Program-made: the position numbers and the translations under genes
Part shown: one piece after another, positions 23,622 to 36,208 of the stretch
How the letters are laid out: each line of letters starts with the position of its first letter
Numbering within the stretch: the first letter of the stretch is position 1
Notes under the pieces: generated by a model
Database searches by the model: none
The model's input: only the letters and a program-made list of their open reading frames with translations
Told to the model about the DNA's origin: nothing
Source: Klebsormidium nitens
Taxonomy: Eukaryota; Plantae; Klebsormidiophyceae
Length of the DNA stretch: 64,000 nucleotides
Assembly: GCA_000708835.1 (NCBI GenBank)
Contig: DF237310.1
Location: 28,965-92,964 of the forward strand
Direction: 5' to 3'

Positions 23622-26600
23622 ATGAAGGCGGTGGTTATCACCAAGGCTGGCGGGCCGGAGGTTCTGCAATTGCAGGATGTGCCGGCCCCTGAGCTGAAGT
23701 CCAACGAAGTGATGATCAAGGTCAAGGCAGCGGGAATCAACGGGGCAGACAAAATGCAGAGGCACGGGCAGTACCCCGTCCCACCAGGTGGGGGGGATCT
23801 CTTTTATTTCTGATTCAAGCTGGAAAGGTTACTTTCGTTCTTGGATACTTTTTGAGAGGAGTTTTTGGAAAACCACCCGGTGTTTGAGGGAGGATTTTTG
23901 GTTCAAAGGGAGGCTACTTTTGTATAAGAAGGCTATTCAGTCCAAAAAAAGGCGTCAGCTTGGTTTTTCGCAGACCATGTTGGGTTTGATATCAATGATC
24001 ATCAATCTCAGTTATTTGGCAGTCAATGCTGCTCTTGCACCTTTGCCCCTCACTGGAAGAGCTTCAGTTCCTTTGAGTGTACGCCTTTGCTTAAGTCTCC
24101 TAAGGCCCTAATGACTGCTTCTATCGCTGATTGATAGACACAGCAGTAGTGCACTCGTATGAACGGGGCTAGCAAGTGCAAGCAATGTGCTGCTTTCTTC
24201 TCTTAGCTCCATGCATTGCCCCCCCCAGACTTTGACTGGCCTCTTGAATTACTGGCTCAACAGTAAATTGTGTTTCTATAGGGTGTGCCCTTCCATACAG
24301 GTGGGTCTCTTTACCCCGGGCTTGAGGTCAGTGGGACAATTGAGGAGGTGGGCAAGGAAGTCAAGGGGTGGAAGGCAGGCGATGAGGTGTGCGCACTCCT
24401 GGTGGGGGGTGGGTATGCTGAGCGAGTCAACGTTCCTGCGGGACAGGTGAGAAAGGTTTACTCGCAAACATCGCAGAGATCACTCCACAAAGGTCTGAAA
24501 AGTGTGCATTGTTTGGGGTTAAGTCTTGACTACCAAATGATTCATCTGCTTCTTCTGCGAAGAGACTGGCTGACTTGTTGAATTGGTTTCACCTCATCAA
24601 GACGCATGCATGCGTCCTGGTATGGGCGTTCTGGTTGCCTGTTCTTAGAAGCAGGTTGCAAATTGTTGTCCGGATGCCCATCCCATTCGAGCATCTGGTC
24701 ACCAGAGTGACAAAGGATTTCGAACTGCTCGCAGCTACTCCCCATCCCAAAGGGCGTCTCTCTGGTTGACGCCACAGGCCTGCCGGAGGTCTCGTGCACT
24801 GTGTGGAGCGTTGTGTTTATGGCGGCGAAGTTACAGGAAGGCGAGAACTTCCTTATTCATGGTGAGCACGTTCCAATATCTGTCCCCATGTGCATCATTG
24901 GAAGTTTCCATGGCCGTTCTAGGCCTTTTCCTGTCATTCTCTTTTCGATCCTGTGTGCGCGATGAATAATTATCGTCCGCTGTCTCATCAAAGACCTTTA
25001 TCTGAGTTGCTCCAAATGGGTAATCTGGTGGAGTTTGGGCCTTCTTTCGTGGGGACAGTAATAAATAAACATCCCCTTCGGTTGGTTGTGCAGGGGGTTC
25101 CAGCGGCGTCGGGACGTTTGCCATTCAGATGGCCAAATACAAGGGGGCCAAAGTGCTCGTGACGGCAGGCAAGTTTCTAACACGAGGCTCTCTTGAAACT
25201 TTGCGATTTTAGCATAGCACATGGACGTTTCTGAACGAGAATGTTACAGGGCGCACTTTGCAGAGGGAGTGGTTTCGTGACGTGGGCCTGACTTAATTTT
25301 GATACCCAGCGTCCCGAGTTTCGGAGGTACATCAACAGATTTAAATGGTTCAAAACACGAATTACGTTCATAACTCGGAGTCGCGTTCAGCTCCAAACTT
25401 GGTGTACTTTGCCCGTTTTGTCTTTACCCTTCTTTCTGTCTTTCCTAGTTCTTCTCATCTCGCTCTTTGATAGACCCCTGATACCTTGCCTCTTGTAAAG
25501 ACCGCTTAGCTGATGTTTCTGGACTTGTCTTGACTATCTTGCGCATTTCACGATTAATCAGCAACCCGTATGTCGTTGCAGAAAACCGGTTTTTAGGTCA
25601 GCCGGACACTTGCTGACGTCGTTCAGGGTCTAGGAGTACTCTTGACGTCACTCCTGCTTTGGTTTTCGGGTGGGATCTCGTTGACAACCTGCGCTGCACG
25701 CCGCTTTTTGTCACCCTGACGTCACACTGCCGTCACGCAGGCTCGGACGAGAAGCTCCAGGCGTGCAAGGAGCTGGGTGCTGACGTGGCCATCAACTACA
25801 AGTCGGAGGACTGGGTGGCCCGGGTGAAGCACGAGACCGGCGGGAAGGGCGCTGACGTCATCCTGGACGTCATGGGCGCGCCTTACCTGAGCAAGAACAC
25901 GGAGAGCCTGGCGCCCGACGGGCGGCTCATCGTTCTGGGGCTGCAGGGAGGCGCGGTGAGTGTTCTTGGCTGGACAAGGGTTTGCCAAAACTGAACTTTT
26001 GGTGCGATCGTGTTTGGTCAAGAAGCCAAAGGAACAGCTTGAGCACAAGCATGAGCGCCCGGTAAGAGGACGAGTTGCCGGACACCATCCAGTGACTATG
26101 ACCAACCGATGAGTGTTGACCGGTGACTGAAGATCGAGGACCTCTGTGTGCGGATCACTGTGAATTCGCTGAGTGTAACTGTGCTTCTTGCTTGAAATGG
26201 TGCTTACTCGCCAGGTGACTTGTGACTACGCGAGTCGACTTGCATTTCCGATAGACAAAGTAAAAGTGAGAAGGAGTTTTGCGTTACGTCTGGGTCTTGA
26301 TGCCGTCCTGTGCTGATGATTTTTCTGCTCTCAAAAGTTTTGCGCCAAGAATTGTCTCGTTGGGCGTGGCTTCAGCAGACTTGATCAAATGTACGCTGTC
26401 GTTTCAGGGCGTACGATGTTCAATCTTCAAGCTGTCCGGGTCCATCAAGTACTTCTTTTTTCATTCAAGTCAAAGACACCCTGCTTGGTCTAGGATAAAT
26501 TTTTTAGTCATTGTACGCCGCCGTTATCTCTAGTTCCTTCCACAAATATCCGGTCTTGTCCCTCCATTGTTCTCGTCTCCCCATGCAAGTTGCTAGTTCA

Positions 26601-26937
26601 TTTTTCAGGAGGTTGCCGTCAGGTTTGAGGATTGCTCTCTATCGGCCACTAACTTGTTCCTTGTTCCTGGCCCTCTCTCCACTCACAGACCGGAGAGATC
26701 AACCTGGGCGCCCTGCTCGCCAAGCGTGCGACCATTTTCGTGCTCGCTCTCCGCTCGCGCCCGCTCGAGCAGAAGGCGCACATTGTGGAAGAAGTCCGCC
26801 GGAATGTGTGGCCAGCAATCGAGGCTGGGAAAGTGAAGCCAGTCATTGATAGGACGTTCGAGCTGAAAGACGTGGTCAAGGCGCACGAGTGGGTCGACAG
26901 CAGCGGGCATATTGGGAAGGTGCTGCTGCTGGTCTAG
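23622..26937 (+). CDS. NADPH:quinone oxidoreductase, PIG3/zeta-crystallin type (MDR family), 325 aa; exons 23622-23787, 24301-24446, 24735-24861, 25094-25168, 25741-25955, 26689-26937
   Basis: MKAVVITKAGGPEVL, YPGLEVSG, LPEVSCTVWS, LIHGGSSGVGTFAIQMAK, GADVILDVMGAPYL, GHIGKVLL. The exon sum of 978 nt is in frame; intron 4 starts GC. Confidence 0.95.
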
Positions 26938-28304
26938 TGGATTGAAATACTCTGGATTGGTAATATGACTACATTGCTCGCTCTACAATTTTGCACGCGC
27001 GTACTGGTAGAGATCATGTATTGAACGTCTGTCCGCTTGCTTCTGTGTCAAGACAGTCTGGACGAATCTTGGAAGTTTTGGCCGCGGTCAGTAAGCCGCA
27101 TAGAAGGAGGTGTAATCTGCCGGTTGCATGCGTTGCTATAGCTTCGCCAGGCTTGCATGCTGACCATTGCTGTCAATATGCTCTGTACAACATACCATAT
27201 TCTGATTGAAGTAGAAGGCATCGACCTAGAGCTAAGAGTTTGTGTAGGCATGTATAACTCAGATACGGTTGGCAGACTTGCAAGCTTGCGGCGCGTATAT
27301 GCGATTTTAATTTGAAAGTGAACACTCAATTCAGTCCCTAGCTCAGACACGATGGCCATGCACCGTCGATCTTCAACGACCGCCCATGTGCCTTTCCATG
27401 CCGCCTTGATGGACCATATTTATAGCTTTCATTTGTGTTTGCCAGTTGATTGAAGGTGCATATGCTAGCGGGGCTCCTAGTTGCGCAAATTTAGCTCGTT
27501 TAATTCCTTGCAACGCAAGCGTCATCATTCATATGTCGGATGGCAACACGAGATTTCGAAGATGCAAGCAAAATATCTATATTTATATATGGGCCCTCTT
27601 ATGGGTGTAGTGTTTTGCTGCCTGATCGAGGAGCTCGATAAGCATGCCAGCAATATCGTTTGCATGTTGACAAGCTGGAAATCGAACCATGAGGCAAACA
27701 CTGCAATGTAAGACGTGATGAACATAATACCGTCTTGATTGATACGAAGGTGCGCAATATTGCTGTAACTATCGGATGCTCATGCAGCATGCATTTGGTG
27801 CAGCGTTCTAAAGTCACAGAGTGTTTAAGCGTGTGACCATATCTGCTGATCGAGCTCGACTGCCGTACGTAGCTTGCCCACAGGCATGAGAAATATTACC
27901 ACTTGCACTGAGGTGGGCAAGTCCAGCCTGCCCGCCAACAACGCATGTCAGCTCCAAGGGCTCGTTTCAGGCAATAAACAACCGGCAATTCTAACACCTC
28001 AGGTCGTTAGTTGTGACGCTGATGATTACCTACGGTCACCAACAGAGGACAATCAAAGACTTAGACTAAGACCAGGAGCTATACGCAGCTTGCGTGCATG
28101 CGTACGAGAACGACCGAATCGGCTGAAACTATACCAGAGAGCCGCCGTTTGGTCGCTATACGTTTCCCTGGATCCGTAAGCGATGACGACTTAGGGGATC
28201 TCAGCAAGGATCTCGGCAGATCTGGAATTGAAGCGACTCATCAGAAGATGGTCGCTGGCCTCATTCTTTGGACGCTCTGACAAGGTACCGCGCAAGGGGA
28301 CGCA

Positions 28305-30668
28305 CTAGTGGTCCCCGCTCGCGCATCCCCGGCAACCGCAATGGGTGCACTCGATCACTTTCTCCTCCCGCGACTTGTTGGGGACTCGACAGATGCACGT
28401 GGTTCCGAAGTTGGTGTCCTTCGGTTGTATGCACCGTAGACAGCATAGCCGCTCGTATCCCGACTGCAAAAAGAGGAGTTAGATTGTTAGGTCCAAAAGA
28501 AAGAGCGTTCTTTGAAGGGTTGTTTGCCACCTGAGGTCGAGTCAAGCCGACGCGACTCTTAAAAAGGCTGTGGACGACACCTGCAAAAGATTGTGGGGAG
28601 TGGAGGCGTCGTTCGAAAGGCCAGTCAACGGATGACAGCTCGGGACTCGACGCAGGACAAACAGGGAGCTTTGCAGCCGTCATTTCAAACGTTGACATGG
28701 ACATACGACGCAAAAAGTCACCCTCTCTGGGGCCTGCGTGCGGGCCCGAGAAACAAGGATACTTCAGCTGACACGGCAATCGATCAGCCGACGGCACTCA
28801 AGACAAACCGACTTCAAGTCTGGGTCAGTTTGTACAAAGACTTTAGCACTTGACGGAAGCCAATATCACGAAATGGTAAGGCAAACCTTCATCCAGACCA
28901 GGCCCCGTAATCCTACGCTTTTTTGCACTCAAACGACCAAAGGGCCGCTTACAGCTCGAGTCAAGACCCCCTTACGTGAATCAGTTTCACAAGCTTTCCG
29001 TCCTTGCAGGAGTTCAACAAGCTCTAAACACACGAATCTCGACTTGCTTCGGAAGGTGACCGCCTCAAGCGGCCACTGAGTGACTGCACCTGCCTCGTCA
29101 GCGAAAAAGTGCTCAAGGTTGGCGCTCACTGAACTCAAGTGTGTAGATCAGGTGGAAAAGCGGGACTGAACCTGCAGTCAGGACCACAGCAGGAATTTTG
29201 CGTCCAGAAATTCTCACCTTTTTCCACTTGGCTATGAGCGCCTTGTCAGCATACCCCTGTGCGAGGCAGAACTCGTACAGGTCCCGCGAGATCTCCTTCC
29301 GCTTGTAAAAGAGGTCGTAGATGAACTTGCTCTTCTGATGCGTCAGCTTAAAGATGGGCCACAGGGCCTCGCACTTGCGCTTGCCCTCGTGCGTCTCCAG
29401 CTCCGCTGCAGAAGGAGTTCGGTTATGGTTAACCTTGATGAATTCTCGTCAGGGGCTGCGTCTGATCTAGTTCCTGCTTCGCACTTGCGCTTGCCCTCGT
29501 GCGTCTCCAGCTCCGCTGCAGAAGGAGTTCGGATATCGTTAACCTTGTTGATTTCTCGTCAAGGGCTGTGCCTAATCTGGTTTCTGCTTCGCACTTGCGC
29601 TTGCCCTCGTGCGTCTCCAGCTCCGCTGCAGAAATGGTAGGGGTAGCTTTAACCTTGATGGATTTTCGAGGGCTGCGTCCGATCTGGTTTCTGCTTCGCA
29701 CTTGCGCTTGCCCTCGTGCGTTTCCAGCTCCGCTAAAGCAAGGAATGTGTTGATCAGGTCGGGTTCCTCCCTGGATGGATCATCGACACCGCTGCGGCAG
29801 AAAGTGAATCGTTGTCAACCCCAGTTCAAAAAGTCCTGGTCTATCGAGGTCACCCTCATCTGCTTCAAGAATCTACTTATGAAAAAGGAAGCGTCTCGGA
29901 CTTGCTCTCGCTCGTTCATCACCGGAACCGCTGCAGAAGACAACGTCGCACGTGATGGTCCTGCTCCCGAATGCAAGATCAAGGGCACCATCACTATTGG
30001 CTTCTACTGCTTTGGTTTCAAAAGGAGCGGCCGCAAGAGTCTCTCGTGAGTCCCGTCTTCACTGGCGCAAGAAGCACGGGATGTATTCATTGCTTCTGCA
30101 TTTACGACTGCCTCAACTTTATCCCTGAATGCAGGGACGGAGATGCATCTTGGCCATGAACCCTGAAATTAGCTCGAAAAATCAAAGAAAAATTTCGACT
30201 CACGAAGGACATGACCGTATGGAACAATGTGTGCAGCGGGACTTCGTGGCTTCTCAAAATTGGCAAAGCAGATCCTTGCAACCTTATAGACCAATCACAC
30301 AAGGTCCCAAGATACTTCTGAAGTAACAAAGCGCCCCGAATGAAGCGAGACATTTCTTCCGACGCCCGTGTCTGCGAGAGGACCTTTGTATAGTCGTGGG
30401 AAACTAAACCACCAATTCATCAAAAAGAACCAAGTGTTCGGCGAACGAGCCAAACAGATAAGAGCACCGTTCTGCCATCTTTTGCAAAACTTTGGAGGGC
30501 TTGATCCACCATTTGGAAAGACGTGCTTACAGAAGTGTGAAGACAAGAAATCAATCAGAGGTACGGCGCCTCACCTTCCCGCATCTTCTGTTCCAACTCC
30601 TGCATCGTCGGTTCGATGAGCTCCCAGCCATCGGGGTACTTGAGCTTGGACGTTCGCACCTTCGGCAT
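28305..30668 (-). CDS. BUD31: Splicing factor BUD31/G10 homologue, 146 aa; exons 30668-30575, 29405-29218, 28463-28305
   Basis: [122 protein letters not shown]…[17 protein letters not shown]. Phases are consistent (441 nt). Confidence 0.96.
29406..29745 (-). repeat. Three extra ~110-bp tandem copies of the BUD31 exon-2 acceptor plus first ~36 nt of the exon
   Basis: GCACTTGCGCTTGCCCTCGTGCGTCTCCAGCTCCGCTGCAG (plus strand) occurs at 29371 (true exon), ~29481 and ~29591, and in slightly mutated form at ~29698. Confidence 0.9.
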
Positions 30669-30679
30669 GGTTGCCAAGT

Positions 30680-32482
30680 CTGCTGCTTTGCTGAGACGCG
30701 GGGACAGTGCTCACTCTTGGAAGATTCTGGAATCAGGAACTAATTCGGATTTTCAACACCTGCACCAACACCTGCACCAACAGATCGAGGAACGATCATG
30801 AGAGAGATGCGTGAGTGGTGGTGGGAAAGGTGAAGAAGCCTGATAGAAATCAAGAATCTTCACAGGTACCATCTGAGGGAGCCCCGGGCAAAACCCTTTC
30901 CTGTGAAGCTTTGACAGGATTCAGTCCACAAACTCCTCTTGGACAGTCCTGAAGGGAATCAGTCCACGACCTCCGCTTGGACGATCGAGAAGAAAACGCC
31001 ACCATCGATACTGCCAGCCCAATGAGAGGGGACGATGATCTACTGAAAGGATAAAGGAAGAGTGCTGATAAACAACAACTTCAGAAGAAAGTGGTCATAC
31101 AAAGTCCACACCCCCGTCACTCACAACACATACATATGGAAGAGAGCCAGTGCACTTGACTCAAGCTGTGCAGAGAAAGCCCACTAATCAGTGCTTTTGT
31201 CTCCACGGTGGATTGGAAAGACCACCACCAAAAAAGGCGAACACTGAAAATTGATGAGTGAAGGACATGACTTGCTAAAACGAATGAAATGTAAAACCTT
31301 CGTTGGAGATGATATTACTTCAAAACAGACTGACAAAATTCTACCTGATAGAGGGGCGAGCAACGAATCTTAGCAAACAGAAGGTGGTGGTAAACTTTCG
31401 TACAAAAAATCCCTGCCTTGTGTAGGAAAGGTGTACCTGTCAGTGCCCAGGCTCGCAAATGTTAATTCCCTTTCCTTTTCTAGCAGCCATCAAACGCAGG
31501 ATTCCCTCCAGCTCTACAGTGCGCCCTCTGCTCTTCCCCCGAGGCTCCTCTATTTGCACCACTCAGCTAGCCCTCTAAACACTCGACGGCAGGGTAACCA
31601 AAACCATGCAGTGAAGAGGGCGGCAGCGGGGCGGCAGCACAACAGAATCCAACAAGAAGCGGCTAGTAGCAGCAAGCAGTGGCTGACTTCGTACGCCCCA
31701 CACCCTGAGCTCTGCCAAATCTATTGCCAATGCAAAACCAACTGAGAATGCTTACGAGTTGCAGGAGAAAGCGGCAATAAGGGAGCTGGTGCTCGCTTGC
31801 GGCTGCGCTGTGCTGCGCTTGGTACAGAATCAAAAAACCTGCTGAGAAAAGCTAAGTAAGAGATGCGCTTGTAGGCCAAGAGGCTACGATAGTTTAACAA
31901 GAACGCCTCAATTGGAAAGGTGAAGACGACTCCTGACTCTGACGTACAGTGAATCTTCCTGGAGTGCAGGAAGGCAAGGCAGGAAGTGTGATCTTCTTGA
32001 AGGGCAGGAAGAGCAGGAATTCGATGGGGTTAAGATTCAGGTTACTTTTAGCGTGCCGACCAGTGCGCGAGGTTTGGAGTCGGTACGTTCAGGTTAAGAA
32101 ACTTCACGCTTTCTGTGCCGCGAACCGGGGACCGCACCGGGGACTACCCTGACAAATTTTCGCGGGTGTTAACGTTGAACGGTTAAGACTTTTCTTTCCT
32201 GGTCAATGCGGTCCAACAAGACTCACCTAGCTGGGTGCAAAGGATGACGTTCCTGCCGGATTCACAGCAAAGCCAATTGGCGCAGACTTTGGGGGGCCAG
32301 CTGTCTCTGCAATTGATTGGCGCATTGCTCAGTTTGATATCGGCAAGCCGCTTGTGAAAGGCTCAAGAAGTACCACAGGGAACTGGCTTTTTGTCTAAGA
32401 TTTGGCGGGTGTAACTTTCAAAAATAGGCTGTTAGCGCGGATTGAAGGTGCTTTGTGTGATTGACAGCGACGTGGCGAGAAA
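30680..32482. promoter_or_regulatory. Probable BUD31 5'-UTR intron and shared divergent promoter region of BUD31 and SYP61
   Basis: Minus-strand acceptor-like GCAGCAG just upstream of the BUD31 ATG, a long minus-strand pyrimidine-rich tract, and a candidate GTACGT donor near 31945. The genes are head-to-head. Confidence 0.4.
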
Positions 32483-35400
32483 ATGTCTGCCCAGGACCCC
32501 TTCTACCTCGTCAAAGAGGAGATCCAGGAGTCGGTGCGTAGCCCCATCCTTCCAGAATTGAAAGTTCACCTTCAGCGTGAAGAGGGCCCTCTTTCGAAAT
32601 CTTTTGTCCTTGCTCGCTCAGCCTGCTATAATGCTCCCAGGAACGTTCTGCTTCTGTTGCTCTGTTTGCAGATTCCAAAACCGGCTCTGTGTGTTAAAAT
32701 TTTCTTTGACCTGCAGGTAAATAAGGTCAGTGCTGGATATGCTCGATGGGAGGGTTTGAGTACAGGCAGCGCTGAAAGGGACAGGCTGACCCGGGAGCTC
32801 GAGAGTGGTTGCGAGAGCGTGGAGTGGCAGGTACCGATCATTCTTCTCTACCTTCAGCTTGTTTAACAAGCCTAAGGAGCAGCCTCTTCAGGGGGGAACA
32901 AGGTTGAGATCTGAATGTAGCTGTAGAGGCTGAGCAAAGCCTGCTTGTTATTTCATTTCCGATTGTCTCTCCTTCAGCAGCTTTTGGTCCAAAGCTTGCC
33001 AATTCGGCTCAGTTGGCATCTAGTTGCAAAAGCATAAGTGGAGCTGAGAATCCGATGGTATGTGCTTCCCGCAAAAGATGGAGTTCCATTGGTCAAGCAC
33101 AACGTGGGGATGATCGCACTGGAGACTTCTTGATTAGGGTTTTTCGACAAGTCCGATGAACGGGAGATCAGGGATTTCAATTGGGAACTGGATTGAGATA
33201 AAGCTGGGTTGGTGAAATGATGCACGGCTTCGAAATGCTCTCTTAATCAGAAGCTATGAGAGTGATTTTTCAGCAATTGGGAGAATTAAAAGCTTATTGT
33301 GGCCCTCTAAGCTCTCTCAGAAGCATTTTCAAGCGATGGGTGGAAAAGGCATACGTACTAAGAATGGGGTTTGTGTTGCCCGCACTTACAAGACAACTCG
33401 CTATCAAAGCAGTAACTTGTTCTGCATCCACACCATGTCGCATGATGTTGAAATTCCTATGATGCAGGTTGACGAGCTTGAGAAGGCCATCAACGTGGCG
33501 GAACGGGATCCGGCACGATTTAATGTCAGCGCAAGTGAGATTGAAAGTAGGAGACAATGGACGAGCCAGACGCGAAAAGAGGTAGGTTCTCTAGTGGCTA
33601 CTGCTTGGTGGGATTGGCATGCAAATTCTTGATGGGGACATGGTTTTACGGCGCGAAAGTGTTTCGAGATTAAGGCAGTGCCCTAACAGCTGATTGGTGC
33701 GGCCAATAGGTGCACTCCCATTGATCAATTACCAGGGGTCCGAGCGTGCACGAGCCCCAATCATTATGCAGACAGAGGTCTCTGACGTCATTGAGTTCTT
33801 TCACGCTGCGAAATCTTTGAAACTGAAGTGAGGGTCAACGCGACCCTGGCAGTTGATCGCTGGTTTGCATTTAGTCATCCCCCAAAACGAAGAGCAAAAC
33901 AGGGGAGGCATCAATCTCGAATCCCCACACAAGCAGCTGATTGGTTCGCAATTATTGTAAACCTGGCTGAATGCCAGAGCTTGCTGGTCTCTGCTGAGGG
34001 CTTAGACTGGTTGATGGTACACAACCATCGAAATCATCCTGAAAACATCCACGAAATGTTGTTCGACTCTGTTAAAACTATCAACCTAAAACGAAAGGCG
34101 TTCTCTTGATGTCTTGACACTTCATACGAAGATTTGGATTGAACCTAGAACGCGTCTCTACTAAGAAAAGCCCCAGAACACGCTCTCTTAATCTGCAGGT
34201 GGTTAGGATACGAGGGGTGGTGAAGATTAAACATCAAGAGCGCTCCTTGGATGCGTCACTACTTCCCAGAACTTTTGAGAATGAAGTCAGAACATGTTTG
34301 AGATGAAGTCGTCTAGACTGCGCAGGCCAAGTTGGAAACGTGCCCCAATGCTTCGATGATTCCCATGACCTGATCAGAACACGTTCGTTTTCAGATTAGA
34401 TCCAACATACGTTTCCATGCTGCAGGTCGAGAGGATACGACGGGTGGTGAAGACTGCTGCGCAGGCAGCGCAGGTCAAGTCGCGGCAAGAGCTCATGCGG
34501 GGGCCTGCCGGGGGGAAGGATGTCTCGTCCCGGTTGCAAGGAGCAATCACTCGAGAAAATGATGCATTTCTCAATAACGAGTCTGACAGGCAGCAGCTCC
34601 TGATGAGGTAAGCCACGAAAGGCACGAGCCGTTTCTCTTCCATACGTTTTGCTTGGAAAGCCGGCCATTTCGCTCTATAGGCAAATGCACGGAAGCAGTT
34701 GCACGGAGGCTCGACGCGCTCAGGTTTTGCGGTTTTTACAGAGACATAGGTGGGGGCTGCACAGCGATTGTAAAGTCTGCACAATACGTACCCTGTGCTG
34801 AAGAATCGCGAAGCAATCTTGGGCCAGAAATCATGTCATCTACGAGGGTGCATTGGGTGCAAGCGCTCAAAGGAGCCGCTTCTTCAGAAGCGTCACTCCA
34901 GCTTTGAACAGATGGTTTTCGTGTCCTCGGCCTGCATCCAGGGTACATGGTGGAGACCGGCCTTGCCTTGCATCGTGCAAAGTTTTGCCCTCGCTCCCGC
35001 CAAGAAGACCTCAACAAAGAGTCAGAAAAGCTGCTGGAATCTGCCATGCAACAGGTCTTCACGGTTTTTTTGAACTTCACGACAGGTTTGGTGACAAAGC
35101 CCTGATGCACCTTCAGGAGGCGGAAGCGACGAGGCCATTCTCAGCTTGAGTGCAAGTAAGCCTAGTGGAACCGCTCATCCTTTTAGCAGGCTTCGTTCTA
35201 CGTTTTGCAAATGATTAATCGGAAACCTTTGGTTCCTTGATCTCCTCCCAGGGAGCAAGACGAGGACCTGGACGAACTAGAGCGGGGCATCGCCAACATC
35301 GGTAATATCGGCAAGGCGATTCACGACGAGCTGAGCGAGCAGGACCTAATTATGGATGAGCTCGACAAAGACATGACCAGCACCAGCAGCAGGCTCGACT

Positions 35401-36208
35401 TTGTGCAGGTAGGTTGTTCCATATTGCGCCTTCTCCTTCCTTCTACGTTCGCCCGTTTGTTTCGTCTGGGCTTGCCATTCATTGAGGGTATGGGGGTTGT
35501 CGAAAAATGTTTTTGAGAACGGTTGTTCTTTTCGTCTGTGGTCGAGTTGAGAACGAGGACAACCCGCACAAAGCAGCGGGCGAAGGAGAGAAGTGGCGAC
35601 TCATGGTAGCATAGACCGAACCCCTTGCACCAATTCGGATTGTGTGGTACTCTATCATGCGGGTTACACTGACTCTAGTCGGGGTTCGTCGAGTAAAAAA
35701 CCGTGTATTGTTGCAGTCACTGCGTTTGGGGGCCGCTCGAGCCTTTGAATGGGCATTGTCCATCTCTCTTGCCTTCTTGGTTCCTGAAGGCAGGCGGACA
35801 TCCCTTTTGGACTGCTGGCTTGTCAATATATGCGTGTTCCTGGTAATGTCCGCCTTGGGCTCGATGAAATTGGATGATGCGCGCCCTCTTCGTGATGGAC
35901 AAATTAGACCACATCTTTTCGCCGCGCTTGAGATCCAATCTTCAAATGAGAGATCCGAAACACGAGACTTCGTCTTTATCAAAAGGGTCCTTCTGTAGAC
36001 ATAGAGATGACGTTTATTATTGATATATTATACGAGTCGAGTCTCATGTCAAGCGATTGTCAGCTTCTGAAGGCCCTCTTAACCTGTTCCTTTGCAGAAA
36101 AAGATGGCGAACGTTATCAAAAAAGCCGGGGTAAAAGGCCAAATTTGCATGATTGTTTTTTTACTCGTCCTCTTCATCGTTCTAGTAATTTTAGTTTTTG
36201 AGACGTGA
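32483..36208 (+). CDS. SYP61: Syntaxin-6/SYP61 (Qc-SNARE); exons 32483-32533, 32717-32830, 33468-33581, 34426-34607, 35252-35408, 36098-36208
   Basis: N-terminal QDPFYLVKEEIQES, SVEWQVDELEKAINVAERDPARF, SNARE motif EQDEDLDEL…IGKAIHDELSEQDLIMDELDKDMTSTSSRLDFVQKKM, and C-terminal TM ICMIVFLLVLFIVLVILVF. Confidence 0.95.

Noticed and set aside
29371-29745. CRISPR-like look: ~36-40-bp near-identical repeats at a regular 110-bp period
   Set aside because: The repeat is the BUD31 exon-2 start, the 'spacers' are homologous to each other, there are no cas genes, and the context is eukaryotic.
31252-31335. TGATGA…CTGA box C/D snoRNA-like spacing
   Set aside because: No convincing terminal stem or recognisable rRNA-antisense element; such short boxes occur by chance.
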